DNA from: the human T2T-CHM13v2.0 reference genome, Homo sapiens
Assembly (NCBI RefSeq): GCF_009914755.1
Contig: NC_060938.1
Length of the DNA stretch: 64,000 nt
Strand: one strand, 5' to 3'
Made by a program: the position numbers and the translations under genes. The first letter of the stretch is position 1; every line of letters begins with the position of its first letter. Below are positions 42,953-56,216 of the stretch, piece by piece. The notes under the pieces were generated by a model, which worked only from the letters and a program-made list of their open reading frames with translations, was not told the DNA's origin and searched no databases.

Positions 42953-45832
42953 AGATATATAGAATTAACAGTGATATGAAAGCTGTAAAAATAAAGAGCT
43001 TAGACCCCGTTTTGTGTCTGTACATCTTTCCGTGGCATTATACTATAAAGTAGGGGTCCAGGATAACAGGTCCCCACAGAAATGAGAGCTAGAGAAGCAC
43101 TGCAGCAAAAAAAAAGAAAAGAAAAGAAAAGAAAAATTATTTCCTCTCCCTTCAGCTTCGGGGAAGTCTTGTTTTAGGATTGCGAGGCACTGGCCCACTG
43201 ACTTCTGGGTTGTGTTTCCAGGTCTTTGGCCCGAGACACAGGCTGTCTCTCAATGTCTGGGCTGAGAACCATTCAGGTACAGAGGCTGAAGCCACAGGGT
43301 AGATGAGAAGTGTCCCAGGAGCATGGTGGAGGGTGAGACCAAGACAAAAGGATCTAAACAGCCTTGACTGCTGGCCTCTGGGGCTACCAATCCAGGGCCC
43401 CTGTCCGTGACAGCCCCCCAGGGACAGCACCAGGGACCTCAGAGCCTGGCTCACTGGATTCATCACAAGAGAACAGGGACTTGCTGCCTTCTGCAACCAT
43501 CCGAGGGGCCACCAGGCGGCCACAGGACACCAGGCTTGCCTGGGAGTCTGGGGTGCCCACCTGGAGCTTCAAGGCCCAGAGACATGCTCCGGGCCTGTGC
43601 TCTTGAGCTGGTTCCACACCTTACACCGACCTTTGTGGGGTCTGGGCCAGGAGCTGCTCTCCCCTTTGGGAAGTGAGGGTGGGTTCCTCACAGCAGCTCC
43701 CTTAATGTCTCAACCAGCTTCTCCAAAGGAGGCCGTGGTTGGGGTCGCTGTGGTAGGAGTTTGTGTTCCCCTGTGGGCAGAGGGGATGAGATCTCTGCCG
43801 GCTGGAGCTGCTGGCTGGGAGCTAGTCAGAAACAGCATTGGAAAGCCCCTTCCTTTCCCACTGTCTCTGCTCTCCTTCCCCAGGCATTGTCCTGCCTCCA
43901 CACAGCCTCTCCCGCATCCCGGTGCCCTTTCCGGGATCCGAGTCAGCGTGGGCCTGGTGTCACTGAGGGGACATCCCAGGAATTCCTGTTCTTTCCCTCT
44001 GGATGGCCTTCTTGTCTGCAGGAAGGGTGGGAGGAGCTATTATATATTTCTGTCTCAGCTTTAAGGGTAAAACTCCCCTCCAAAGGCCAGGTGGCTTATC
44101 TCCTGACAGCCACTTGTCAGACACACTGAGCCCTGAATTCCCACTCCAGTGGTCTGGCATGGTGCTTCAAAGAGCTGACTTGGATATGGCAACGCAATGG
44201 GGGAAGGAAGGTTGAGGTGGCGTCTGGAAGCACAGCACGGAGTGGAGTTTTGACCCTCGCCTTCCCGCCGTTCCCAGCGTTTGAATGACTGTATTAAGGG
44301 AAATGAATATATGTATTGGGGGGTGGGGAGACGTTAGAGAAATAAATGCAGCAGCCTCTGATGTGGAGTATCTTTTTTCCTTTTGGATTCCTAGTGGGCT
44401 GTGGCATCGGTTCTATGACTTTTATCGTAAAAATGTTTGAATACTCTGATTGTAAAACTCAGCTTAGTCTAAACTGACACACACAGCACTAGAATGCAAG
44501 TCCCCACTAGAGTGTAAACTCCCCGAGCAGACCTAGTGAGCTGGAGCCCACGCCTGGGAGAGCTGACTGCATCTCTTCCCAACTCCACGTCTGGTGACGT
44601 CACCTTGGTAGCTTGAAAACAGCCATGGTGGGAGCATCTACACCAAACGCCATGGGAAAGAATCCACCTGCACAGCAGTGCTGCCTCCTGCAGCAAGCTG
44701 AAGCTTAAACAGTTATCACCACTGGGCCGGTCTCTCCCAGCTTCTAGCGCAGCGTAGGCACTCAGATATTTGGATGAACAACCTCCAAATGAAGGAAGAG
44801 GGAAGCAGCATCCTCTAAATTCAGTTCAATGGGAGTTCAACAAATACCCTGTCCTGGTGGACATGTGTTTTCTGGGGCAGCTGCCATCTGAACTTCCACC
44901 TGGGGACCCTGCCAATTCTTGTTTCTCAGGTCCTGGCCATCAGGGTACAGGCATGTTCCTGTGGGGAGTGAGTCTACAAGGACGCTTCAGGGTTTTTCTA
45001 GGCATGTGTCAGCATTGCCTAAAATTGGTGGTGACACGAGTTCAGCGTCCAGCGGAAGAGCAGCATAGATCCTAACTGGAACTGCTCCTGGACTACAACT
45101 AGGACATTGTCGGGGGTCCAGCCCAAGCATGTGCCTGATTTTCAGCCCTCCTGTCAATCTGCGATCTCCCATTGCCTCTCTTCTAAGCAACTCTCCTGTT
45201 TAAGCTGACTCAGTCCTTTTCTGTGATGTGCAACCAAGAACCGCAAGGGTTGGTTCAGGCCCTCTGAGAGCAGAGGCTGAGACGGGACTAGATGTGCGAG
45301 AGATCTACAGGGGAGCGCCTGTGAAGATGAATTGCGGGGAGGAGGAGGTGCAGGGGGAGTCTTCAGAACCTGGTGTGGGGCTGAGTGCAGCCACTGGAAG
45401 CTGGTCACCAGTTACACTTCTCAAAGCCCCTCTCTTGAGGCAAACCTTCAGGGCCACCATGAACCTCTGGTCCAGGGTATAACATGAAAATGGATCTCTG
45501 CCCTTGCAATGTTCACAATTATGAGAGAGAAAGAGAAACAACTACATCACTGCAGTAGTTTGAAAGTGCTAGGGCAAAGCCCGGCACCGATGGGAGTGCA
45601 GAGCCAGATGTACAGGAAGGCTTCCTGGAGGAGGTGAATCCTGGGAGCCCCGAGGCTCTTGGCATTTTGCCCTCTCTCTTCTCTCCAGCCTTCCATCCCA
45701 ACCCAACCACACAAAGAGATCTGGCCACTTCTTTCTTAGCCTCATCCTTAGATCTGCAATCTGTGGAGATATGAAAATGTAGAGAATTGAGGATACACAT
45801 GGCGGGAGCACAGGACAGAAATTTAACAAAAA

Positions 45833-46471
45833 TTTTTTTAGAGACAGGGTCTTGCTCTGCTGCCCGGGCTGGAGTGCAGTGGTGCAATCATAGCTCGCTG
45901 CAGCCTCGACATCCCAGGCTCAATTGATCCTCCTGCCTCAGCCTTCCAAGTAGCTTGGCCAGTGGTACCCGACCTTTTTGGCACCAGGGACCAGTTTTAT
46001 GGAAGAGAATTTTTTCAGGTCTGGGAGCGGGGTGGGATGGTTTCGGGAAGAAACTGTTCCAGTCTAAAGCCTGATCCTGTTCAGATCATCAGGCATCAGA
46101 GTCTCCTAAGGAATGCACACCCTAGGTCCCTTGCATGAGTAGTTCACAACAGGGTTCATGCTCCCGTGGGAATCTAATGCTGCCACTGACCTGACAGGTG
46201 GCGGGGCTCAGGCAGTAATGCTTGCTCACCTCCTGCTGTGTGCCCGTTCCTAACAGGCCATGGACAGGTACCGGTCCGTGGCCTGGGGATTGAGGACCCC
46301 TATCTTGGACTGCAGGCAACTGCCACCATACCTGGCTAATTAAAAAAAAAATTGTAGAGATGGAGGGTCTCACTGTGTTGCCCTGGCTAGTTTTGAACTC
46401 CTAGACTTAAGCAATCCTCCCTCCTCAGCCTCTCAAAGTATTGGGACTCCAGGCATGAGCCACTGCGCCCA
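45833..46471 (-). mobile_element. AluJ-like element split by MER1B
   Basis: Alu sequence stops at ~45959 and resumes at ~46303. Confidence 0.85.
45960..46302. mobile_element. MER1B hAT transposon nested inside an Alu
   Basis: cag.ggt.ccc.acctttttggcaccagggaccagtttt...gtaccggtccgtggcctggggattgaggacccct. Confidence 0.85.
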
Positions 46472-47883
46472 GATCAGAACTAACTTTTATTCTGCATCTA
46501 GTAGGAATTTTATGGAAACCAGTTACTTCCCTACTCTACCACCTGCTGTATGAGTCTCAAGTGAGCAAGTTGTGGCTTAAGGAGGTGACCCGACCTGCCC
46601 AAGTACACACACAGTGAGAAGCAGAGCAGCCTTCCAGTCCAGGTCTGCCTCCGCCCCAGGCTACCCCAAACCCCCAATGCGAGGGCGTCTCAGGTGCAGA
46701 CACTGAGTGGCATAGAGCCAGCACAGAGGGGACTTGACAATAGGAAGGAAGGTCTTACACTTTTTCCTGGAATCTTCTTTCTAAACCACCCTATTTTAAT
46801 GCATCAGTTCTGTTCACATCTCTGTGAGGTAAGCAGAGGAGAAATGAGGCTTAAAGAGAATATTCCTGCCCAAGCCAGTAATTGCTAGGGCCTGGCTGGT
46901 GGGTCTAAGACAGTCCCTTACCACTGAGTGTGGGTTCTGCCTCCCAACCTCAGAGTCCTCTTTGCAGCTGGCGTGAGGCATAAGAAATCACAGCCCTGGG
47001 TGTCTGAGAAGAAAGGATCATAGGAAAAGCAGGGACACAGCAGGAAAGTGAGCTCCTTGGGCCTCAGCTTCCCCCACCCTGCAGCGGGAGAAGCATTTTC
47101 CTCCCACTTAACAGAGGACCTTTGACCAAGCTCAGAAAAGTCCCAGCTGGTGGGGGCAGGGAGTGGGGCTTGTTGAATGGAAGAAGCGCTTTTCCTCTTT
47201 AGAGAGGCTGCATGATTCCACTCCCCTTTCTCTGCCAAGCTTTATCTTTGCTTAAGAATTCACACAACTCCCCAGGGGCCCCGCTACAGCTGCTGCTCCT
47301 CCTGTCTTCATTGATAGGTAAGAAATGCACCTGATTTAAACTGATTTAAACTGGCCATGTTCTAATAAGCATTTTGTCCAAACAGGCAGCTGCTGGAGCC
47401 AGGGGGCTGAAGTGGGGCTGAGCTTCCCGCTGGTGACTTCTCTTTGCCCAAATGAGGCCAAGGGAGAAGTGGCAGGGCCAGCAAGGGGCTAAAGGCAGAA
47501 CAGCGTGGGGGAAGGGGACCAGCCTTTGCCACCACCCCACCCCCAACCTCTCCCCAACTTCTTCCCCCCAACCTCCCTCGTGTCCAGGACCAGTTTCTAA
47601 AGATGAGTGAATTCCAGTTTCAAAAAAAGAATGGTAGGCAAAGAGTGTCTTGGTTGTGAAAAAGGACAACCAGGAAAACAAATGAAGTTGATCACATGCG
47701 TTGAGCCCCTGCCTTGATGCTAATTAGTGCCCTGGCACAGGTGGTGGGGCTGCATTGCAGGCCCTGCCCCCCGGGACTCACAGCTGAGCAAATCACAGCA
47801 ACAGGGACAGAAACCGAGGGAGCAGGACATGCACCCCATCGGCCTGGGGTGGTGTGGAGACGGCTTCAAAAGCAGGTGACATG

Positions 47884-48286
47884 CTGGGCACGGTGGCACT
47901 TTGGCAGGCCACGGTGGGAAGATTGCTTGAGCTCAGGAGTTCGAGACCAGGTTGGGCGAGACCTTGTTTCTATTTAAAAAAAGAAGAAGAAGGCTGGGCG
48001 CAGTGGCTCACGTCTGTAATCCCAGCACTTTGGGAGTCCGAGGTGGGTGGATCACCTGAAGTCAGGAGTTGGAGACCAGTCTGGCCAACAAGGTGAAAAC
48101 CCGTCTCTACTAAAAATACAAAAATTAGCCAGGCATCATACAGACGCCTGTAATCCCAGCTACTAGGGAGGCTGAGGCTGGAGAATCGCTTGAACCCAGG
48201 AGGCGGAGGTTGCAGTGAGCCAAGATCTAGCCATTGCTCTCTACCCTGGGCAACAAGAGTGAAACTCCGTCTAAAAAAAAAAAAAA
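47884..48286 (+). mobile_element. FLAM (47884-47985) plus Alu (47992-48286)
   Basis: Consensus. Confidence 0.88.
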
Positions 48287-48462
48287 GAAAAGGAGGGAGG
48301 AAAGTAGAAAGAAAGAAAAGAAAGAGGAAGAAAGGGAGGGAGGAAAGTAGAAAGAAAGAAAAGAGGAAGGGAGGGAGGGAAAGAAAGAAGAAAGTGAGGG
48401 AGGAAAGTAGAAAGAAAGAAAAGAGGAAGGGAGGGAGGGAAAGAAAGAAGAAAGGAAGGAAA
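48273..48462. repeat. Polypurine tract grown from an Alu tail, with 60-bp tandem period
   Basis: Rows 48301/48361/48421 align at 60-nt period; almost only A/G. Confidence 0.9.
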
Positions 48463-48809
48463 GTGACATTTGACCAAGGTTTTGAGGGCTGACTAGGGGT
48501 TTGAGAGGTAGAGGGGATTGGGAGAGCGCATTCTGAGTGAGAAAACGTGCTGGGAGATGGGTAACAGCAGCGTGTGCGGAGAAACTCAGTTGCGGCTGAA
48601 GAATAGGATCCAGGGGTGGAGAAGGTGGTGGCTGGACACAGGTGTGTTGTGTGTAGGATAGGCATGAAGAGGAGCGGATAGGGCAAAGCTAGAAGGCTTG
48701 GGCAAGGGGAAATGGGATTGGAGAGGTGACTGGCGCTGACCCAAGAGAGGACAGACGGGGTGACCAGAGTGGAGGATGAGCCAAGCCTTGGCACAGACCC
48801 AAGCGGGTG

Positions 48810-49860
48810 GAGGCCCCGGGCAACACCGGTCACCACGAGGGCCTCTACGAAGGGCTCTGTCCTCCCACGGGGATTGGAGGTGGGTAAGTGAGACAGGGCG
48901 GGGTGGAGGGTGAGGCCAGGCAGCGGCGGAGAGAGAAAGTCCCACCCCTGCGGGCGTTCCTTGCGGCCCGGCCGACCTCGCGGGCTTGGGCCTGGGCGGG
49001 CACCGACGGAGCGGCCCTGGCTGCAGCCTCCCGGCGCCAGCGAAGACAGGTAGGGAGGCGGAGGGACTGGAAGCCCCCGGGCGCCCAGCGGCGGGGACCC
49101 CGCACCCCGGGGCTTCTGCAGGAATTTGCTCGCCTGGCTCACGGCGACGGGGGTGTCGGAGAAAGTGGGGGCCGCAGAGAAGACCCCGCCCCGGCTCGCT
49201 CTCCGGAGGTGGGCGCAGGGTCATCGCTCGGCACCGCGCGCCCCCCGGCCTGGAGGAAAGGAAATGCAGAGAGCCGGGGAGCTGGTGCGGGACGGCCCCG
49301 GCGCGCACCCTCCGCCCGCTCGGACCTTCCCTTCAGGCGAATGCCGCTCCCGGCGCGTGGTACAAGCGAGGCCCTGGAGACCGTGCGCCCCTCCCGGGAG
49401 GTGCCACTGGGCCGCGGGCCTGGAGCGTCCGGGAGCCCCAGCGGCTGCCGGCACCTGCGCGGCCACCCCGGGCCTCCCGTGGGAACCGCGCCTCTCCGCC
49501 TCGGGGGTGCGCGGCGCGTTCCTGGGGTGGGGACGCGGGGTGCCTGGTCAGGGCTGGACCGATGCAGAGGGGGGCCGTGGGCGGGGGCCACGGGGACGGG
49601 CGTCTGCGGACTGCGGCGGTCCCGGAGTCGGCTGGGGACCCTGTAGGGGGAGGCTTGGTCGGCGGCCACCCGCCTTCCCGCCCTCTGGCGCCTAGGGTCG
49701 CCGCCTTCGGCCCTAGCTCAAGGCAGACGCGTTCCCCGGGAACAACACGTTGAGGGCGCCCACCCTGCGTGCCCGGGGCCACCCGGTCCCTGCCCTCGGG
49801 CGGCAGGAGAGGTCGAGCTTCCACGGCCCTCGGAGTAGCCCCGTGACCAGACCCGGACTG
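48810..49860. promoter_or_regulatory. PAPLN: PAPLN promoter CpG island (GC box gggcgggg at ~48896)
   Basis: Very high GC and CpG density around the first exon donor. Confidence 0.9.
48955..49049 (+). other. PAPLN: PAPLN non-coding exon 1 (start approximate)
   Basis: Donor GACAG|gtaggg at 49049/49050 within the CpG island; no ATG; TSS position inferred. Confidence 0.7.
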
Positions 49861-50429
49861 GCCTTGGAGTTGAAGGGGTTGTTTGCCACCAAATGAACCG
49901 AAAAAACTGAACTTTTCAGACTTCGGAATGGCAGATATGGGCTTGGAGTTCAGTGAAATTGCAGCGGAGGCGGTGGTGTTCTGAGTAATTACAAGTAAAA
50001 TTCTTCTTTCACCCGTCTTTTCCTCAGCCTCGCCCGCCCTAGCAGGCCTAGCCTGGCCCTAGCAGGGGGCTCCTGCTCTGGGAGCTGCCCCCAGCAGAGC
50101 AGAGGCAGGGCTCTGGCAGCAACCCCCTTCCCTCACCCTCCAACCCCAGGAATCTCGAACTTGACCACGAAAATAATGACTCAATGACTCACAGTGCCAA
50201 ATTAACGAGTGTGTACATTGTTCAGTATGCCAGGTTACATTTCTGCTGAGCTTGGCTTCTGTATGCTGTCTTTTATCCTTGTAAGCAGAAGTCATTTTAT
50301 ATCTTTAAAAAATTAGAACATTGGTAGAATTACAGATTTTAAAGTTCAAACCTGCACGCTAGTACTTGTTTAATGTTTTGTACTGAAGGGCGCACATTGT
50401 TTATGTCATTCTGCGATACAGCGACATGT

Positions 50430-50690
50430 ATGTACACATACACACTGCACAGCGTGTATACCGACTGGACACCTGCACCAAATAGTACACACCAGACTGC
50501 ACATGGACCCGCCCCGCACACTGCACATGCACTTTGCATGCATGCACACATCAAACCACAGACACTCCACACACACTGCACTGCACACTGCCCTGAGCAC
50601 ACTACACTGTACTGCACACTGCACTGCACTTTCAGGGCTCACACGCTGCACCACGCACACTGCACGGCGCACACTGCACTGCATACACAC
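50430..50690. repeat. Degenerate (CACACTG)n low-complexity repeat in PAPLN intron 1
   Basis: cacactgca motif repeated many times. Confidence 0.85.
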
Positions 50691-51049
50691 GTTGGTTATG
50701 GAGGCTGCTTATGGAGCTTCCCTGTGCAGAGAAATGCTGGCTTGGGTTTTAAATGGGCTACAATTAACACTTTTAGAGCATTTGGGTTTTCAAAGTGTCT
50801 TCAGAGACTTGATTTTTTTAAAGCCTATATTAGGAGTTTTTAAACATCTGATGTAATAGCTTTTTTAAAAGGAATCTTGCTGAATTAAAAGTGAGTCTAA
50901 TTACTCGGATTCTGAACTTGTTTTTCAACCACATAGAAGTATTTTTAATTGCTCTCTCTTTTTTTCCCCTCTGGAACTCTGAAACAAGTTGTTCTTGAAC
51001 TTCTGCCAGTTGCGGATGGGCCATTCCTTTCTTGCTCACATGTTGAGCC

Positions 51050-51430
51050 GCCCGGCGGGGCGCCCTCACGCTGTGTTCTCTGCGGTGCACCGAGGCGCAC
51101 CCGGCTGTCCTGTTGCGGGTCTCCTGGTCACCTGTGGGCCATAGGGAGAGACGCGCCCACACACTCTCGCCCGCGCCCAGGACAGCTGCGGGAGCCCCGG
51201 GCCGCTCTAACCCAATGCGTCTCCCGCAGGCTGAGATGCGGCTGCTCCTGCTCGTGCCGCTGCTGCTGGCTCCAGCGCCCGGGTCCTCGGTGAGTGCGGT
51301 CCTGCCCCGGCCCCCGGAGGAACCTGCAGGGGAGTCGGGGGCGGGGACGCGCGGGCCCGCAGGCAACGTCCCCAGGAAAGGGGCGATGTCAGGGAAGCTG
51401 GGCTGGGAGGAGGCGAGCCCGCACCGCTGA
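51050..51430. promoter_or_regulatory. CpG-rich island around PAPLN exon 2
   Basis: Dense CpGs, high GC. Confidence 0.7.
51236..51289 (+). CDS. PAPLN: Papilin exon 2 coding part (exon starts 51230); signal peptide
   Basis: Branch ctctaac, ctcccgcag|GCTGAGATG; MRLLLLVPLLLAPAPGSS|gtgagt. Confidence 0.96.
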
Positions 51431-51740
51431 GCTCCCTCAGAAAGGGCTGGGCCCTTGAAGCCAGCTGGCCAGGGTTCCCAGAACTGCCCGCCCGGCTGCA
51501 GGGCGCAGTGTGTAGGAATGGCACCTTCCCAGGGCTTCCCTCCTTCAGAAGGTGGTGGGAGCACTCCATGAAGTCCCCGCCAATCCTGGCGGGTGCAGCC
51601 AAGGTGCAGGGCTGGGTGGTCCATCCCACCAGACACCTGTCTTCTGCCTGGAGCCAAACACGGCTTCCCTAAGCTGGGGTGTTTTGGCCTAGAGGTTTGG
51701 GGTGCCAGTCGTTTCCATTCCCCTTGGGGTAGCACCTAGG

Positions 51741-52115
<375 letters not shown>

Positions 52116-54231
52116 GAATTAAGACAGTGGACCCAGGAAGCTGGCTGGTGGTCAGAGCTGCTGTTTCATTAACAGGGGCCCAAAGGCCAGGGCTCTCTGG
52201 AGAAGGTCCCTGGGTCTTGAGGATGTACAAGGAATCTTCTAGACCACAGGCCCCACCTTTGGGGAGGAGGGGGTCTGCAGAGCTGGGTGTTGCCCTGACT
52301 CAGTGCCTGGCAGAATAGAAGCCACAGAGGCAGCTGGGCCCTGTCCTGCCCCAGGAGAAATCTCCCAGGGTGACCCACAGCCCTGCCCACCCCTCTGTGA
52401 GGCAGGCAGGAAGTGAAAGAGGAAGGATCCCTGCGAAAGGACCCAAACTGTTTTCTGCCATGGGGAGGTCGGGGGGGGGATGCCACGTCTGGCATCTGTG
52501 GGCGGAGGCTGAGCAGGACTCCTCTGCAGGGGTGTGTGGGGCAGGCAGGATGGATGGCAGTGGGCACTTCTCCCACTAGAAGTGGATCCCATAGATGACA
52601 CTTCAAGAGCCCTGTGAACCCAACATGGGCCACAGCTGGAGCGGTGGGTGGGCTAGAGGCAGCCTTTTTCATGTCCTCTCGACCACCTGCCAGCTACCCA
52701 CGGTCCCCTCTGCCACCCCATGAATCTTGCTTCCTAAATGCCACTCTCAGGTCCTTCACCACGTGCTGGTGGCCCAGCTGCATGAAGGCCAAAGCCCAGG
52801 TGGAGGGGGCACGAGGACAGCGTCCAGGCCCCAGGATTAAATCCCAGAGCCACCTGGACAGCTGCATGATCCTAGGCAAATAAGCCTTAGACTGCTCTAA
52901 TTTGGGAGTAATAATGCCCACCCCAGAGGTTGTCATGCAGATGAAACAAATCAAGGTTTCCAAAGCGCCCTTGGTTCTCTTAAACCTTTTCTCCCTTAAG
53001 GCCACGCTGAGTAGCCTCATCCGGCTGCCACCTCCTCCCAGTGAGTCTCAGATGGGGCTGGGCGCAGCCTGGGCTGAGAATTCTTCTCTCCCTGCCCTCT
53101 GTGAGTCTGCAGGGGGTGTGGCCCCGCTCACAGCTCCACTGCCTCCCTCTGTTGCTGGGGCAGGAACCACCCAGTCCGAGCACCTTCTCTGGATCACTTA
53201 TGCTGTCAGCGGTCAGTCTGAACAGAATGAGTAAATGAATAAAGGTGGCGGCCTGCGTGTTCCTGGGCCTCAGCCTCTGCTCCCGTCTGCACACGGGTGT
53301 GCATGTGTTCTGTCTCTCTCTTACACACGTGCACATTGGGCAGTTGATTCCCCTGGAAACAGTGCAGCAGGAAAGGGGACCCCTGAGTGGCTCCAGGTGG
53401 GAGTTGAAGGAGGCATGGGTGGGGCGCCTAGCGCAGCATGAGACAGGTGAGGGCAGGCCCCAGGTGAGGCTGGCTGTATCAGCTCATTCCGGCTTCACGC
53501 CACGTCGGGCAGTTCACGGTTTGGGTAATTACAGAGCAAGAGTGTGCTCATGCTGCCTGTGGCTGAAGGTGCTTTCCTTCCTTGGAGAGACAGTGTGGAG
53601 TGTGTGGACAGAGCACGGCTCTAGGATGGGACGGACTAGGGCTCCTGGCTAGTGGACACCTGCCTTACAGGTGCTGGGCACAGGAGGCAAGAGGGCATTC
53701 TGGAAACAGCATGTCCCTTAGGGGGCCCTTGTTCAGGCCAGTCCTGCCCCTGCCTTATCCTGATGGCCAGGCTGTGGCTCCATGGCAGGGGTACCCCTTG
53801 GCCACACACCAGTACACCCAGCCCAGCTCCAGGGAAGGGTGGATTTTGCTGGCTGCTGTGCCAAGGAGCCAAGACAGACATCCAAACAGGCCTTAGTCAG
53901 AGGGTAATTGACAACCAGGCCCAACCCAGCAGCTAAGAAAGCAGCCACCCCTGAAGACCTCTCCTGAATACTTAAAATGTGGGATGAGGCTGTGTGTGGG
54001 GGGGGCGGGTGCCAGAATCCCAGCTGGGGCTGCAGGCTGTCTCTGGAAAGTCACCCTTCACGCTCAACACTCAGTGTCTTCCTTGTGAAATAGAAACTTG
54101 ATCCAAGTAAATTTCAGTTTAACTTTCATTCAGAGAAAACTTTGATATTTTGGCTCAGTGGTTTCGAAAGCTTAGAGATTTTTGTCCAAGTTAGACTTGA
54201 AGGAGTAGATATTTTACAAAGTGAAAGCTAA

Positions 54232-54750
<519 letters not shown>

Positions 54751-55179
54751 GCTTTTCTGTGTGACCATTGAGCTCTTTCTCTGAAAAGTGGGAATGGTAT
54801 TTTTCCTTGAGTCTTAAGTGGTGATACCCTAAAAGAAAGTCCCCTTCCAGCAAATGTTTGCATGTACACCATATGCCTCCTGGGAAAATTGTGAAGTTAC
54901 ATCTAATCCCTGTCCAACCCTGTAGGGAATCATCTAGTGTCTCATTTGATTCCCCCAGGTGGGTGGGGGCACAGCCTCGGCAGGGGAGCAGAGGACTGCA
55001 GTGAGGCTGGCCGGCTACTGTGCCCACTTCTTCCCCTGTGGTTTCCTCTCTCTGCCTCACTTTTCTTATTCATGCAATGGGGTCTGTCGGGTTGTTGTGA
55101 GGATGAAATGAGATAATGTGTGTGTGGCATGTGGATTCCTGATGCCAGCTGCAAGGGGTCCAATCTTTCTGGTGGGAAA

Positions 55180-55700
55180 GTGTACCTGCTAGGATTATAA
55201 TCCTGTGTAGAGTCCCAAATAACAGTTCTTCAATAAGACAGACATGATTCCTCTCTCATATAAACACCCAGGGGTCAGAAGTCTGGGGCTATTCTGTTGC
55301 ACAAAATCCTCCAGGCTCTAGAGTCCCTCTATCTTTGCTTCACTGTTTGAAGCCTCTATTTCCAAGTTACCTCACAGTCTAAAAGGCTGCTCCAACTCCA
55401 GCCATCACATCTGCTTCCCAGACAGCCTGAAAGAGTACAGGAGGAAGGAGAAAAGGACAAAGGCTCACGCAGGCTCTCTCTTAAGGAGATTATTTGCGGC
55501 AGCTGCCCAACACTTGTATTTACATCTCACTGATGAGAACTAAGTGATGTAGCCACAGTTAGCTGCAGGCAGTCCAGGAAATGTATTTTTTTTTAAAATT
55601 TTGGGCAGCCAGGTACCCAGCTGAGTCAAGTTTTCAAGCATTCTCTCACAATGGGAGAAGGAGGGGATGAATATTGGGGTACTCCTGGGAGTCTCGGCCA
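55180..55700. mobile_element. MLT1-type LTR relic
   Basis: aaaggctgctccaactccagccatcacatctgc...ttacatctcactga.gagaact.ag. Confidence 0.55.
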
Positions 55701-56100
55701 GATTAGCAGGATCCCCCCACGTTGCTTCCCTTTATTTTCTTTTAGGCCCCCCTCCCCTACATCACGGTTAACCTACAAATGCCTGGACCCTCAAACTGCC
55801 CCTGGCTGTAGGGTCCCTCCCCTCCAGTGGCCCCTGAAACTCCAAACTCTTCCCAGCTGCTCCTGCTCCCGCCCTCCAGGCCTGGCTCTCAGCTCCTTAT
55901 GAGGAAAGCAGGCTAATTCTGAAAAGGAATATGTTTTGGGGTGCCCGGCAGTGTTGCTGAGTCCTAAAGGTGGGCCCTGGAAGGGAGAATCCCAGACTCC
56001 TTGATGGGTAGGGGAGGGTTTTAGGCAGAGCATCTTTGGAGGGGCCTCTGGGCTCAGGCTGTGAGTGGGCAATGCTGATGCATGGTCCTGTCTTCTGCAG

Positions 56101-56216
56101 GCTCCCAAGGTGAGGCGGCAGAGTGACACCTGGGGACCCTGGAGCCAGTGGAGCCCCTGCAGCCGGACCTGTGGAGGGGGTGTCAGCTTCCGGGAGCGCC
56201 CCTGCTACTCCCAGAG
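56101..56216 (+). CDS. PAPLN: Papilin exon 3 (TSP type-1 repeat 1, WxxWxxW motif)
   Basis: tcttctgcag|GCT...CAGAG|gtagga; [38 protein letters not shown]. Confidence 0.97.

Noticed and set aside
47970-49824. Several long overlapping ORFs (up to 390 aa)
   Set aside because: CpG island plus polypurine tract and Alu; stop-poor composition, no recognisable protein.
43505-50075. Partial CTCF-like motifs (ccaccaggcggcc ~43509; ctagcagggggctc ~50059)
   Set aside because: Mismatches to core consensus; cannot support without PWM scoring or ChIP data.
50830-51735. 301-aa minus-strand ORF
   Set aside because: Antisense over the GC-rich exon 2 island; no homology recognised.
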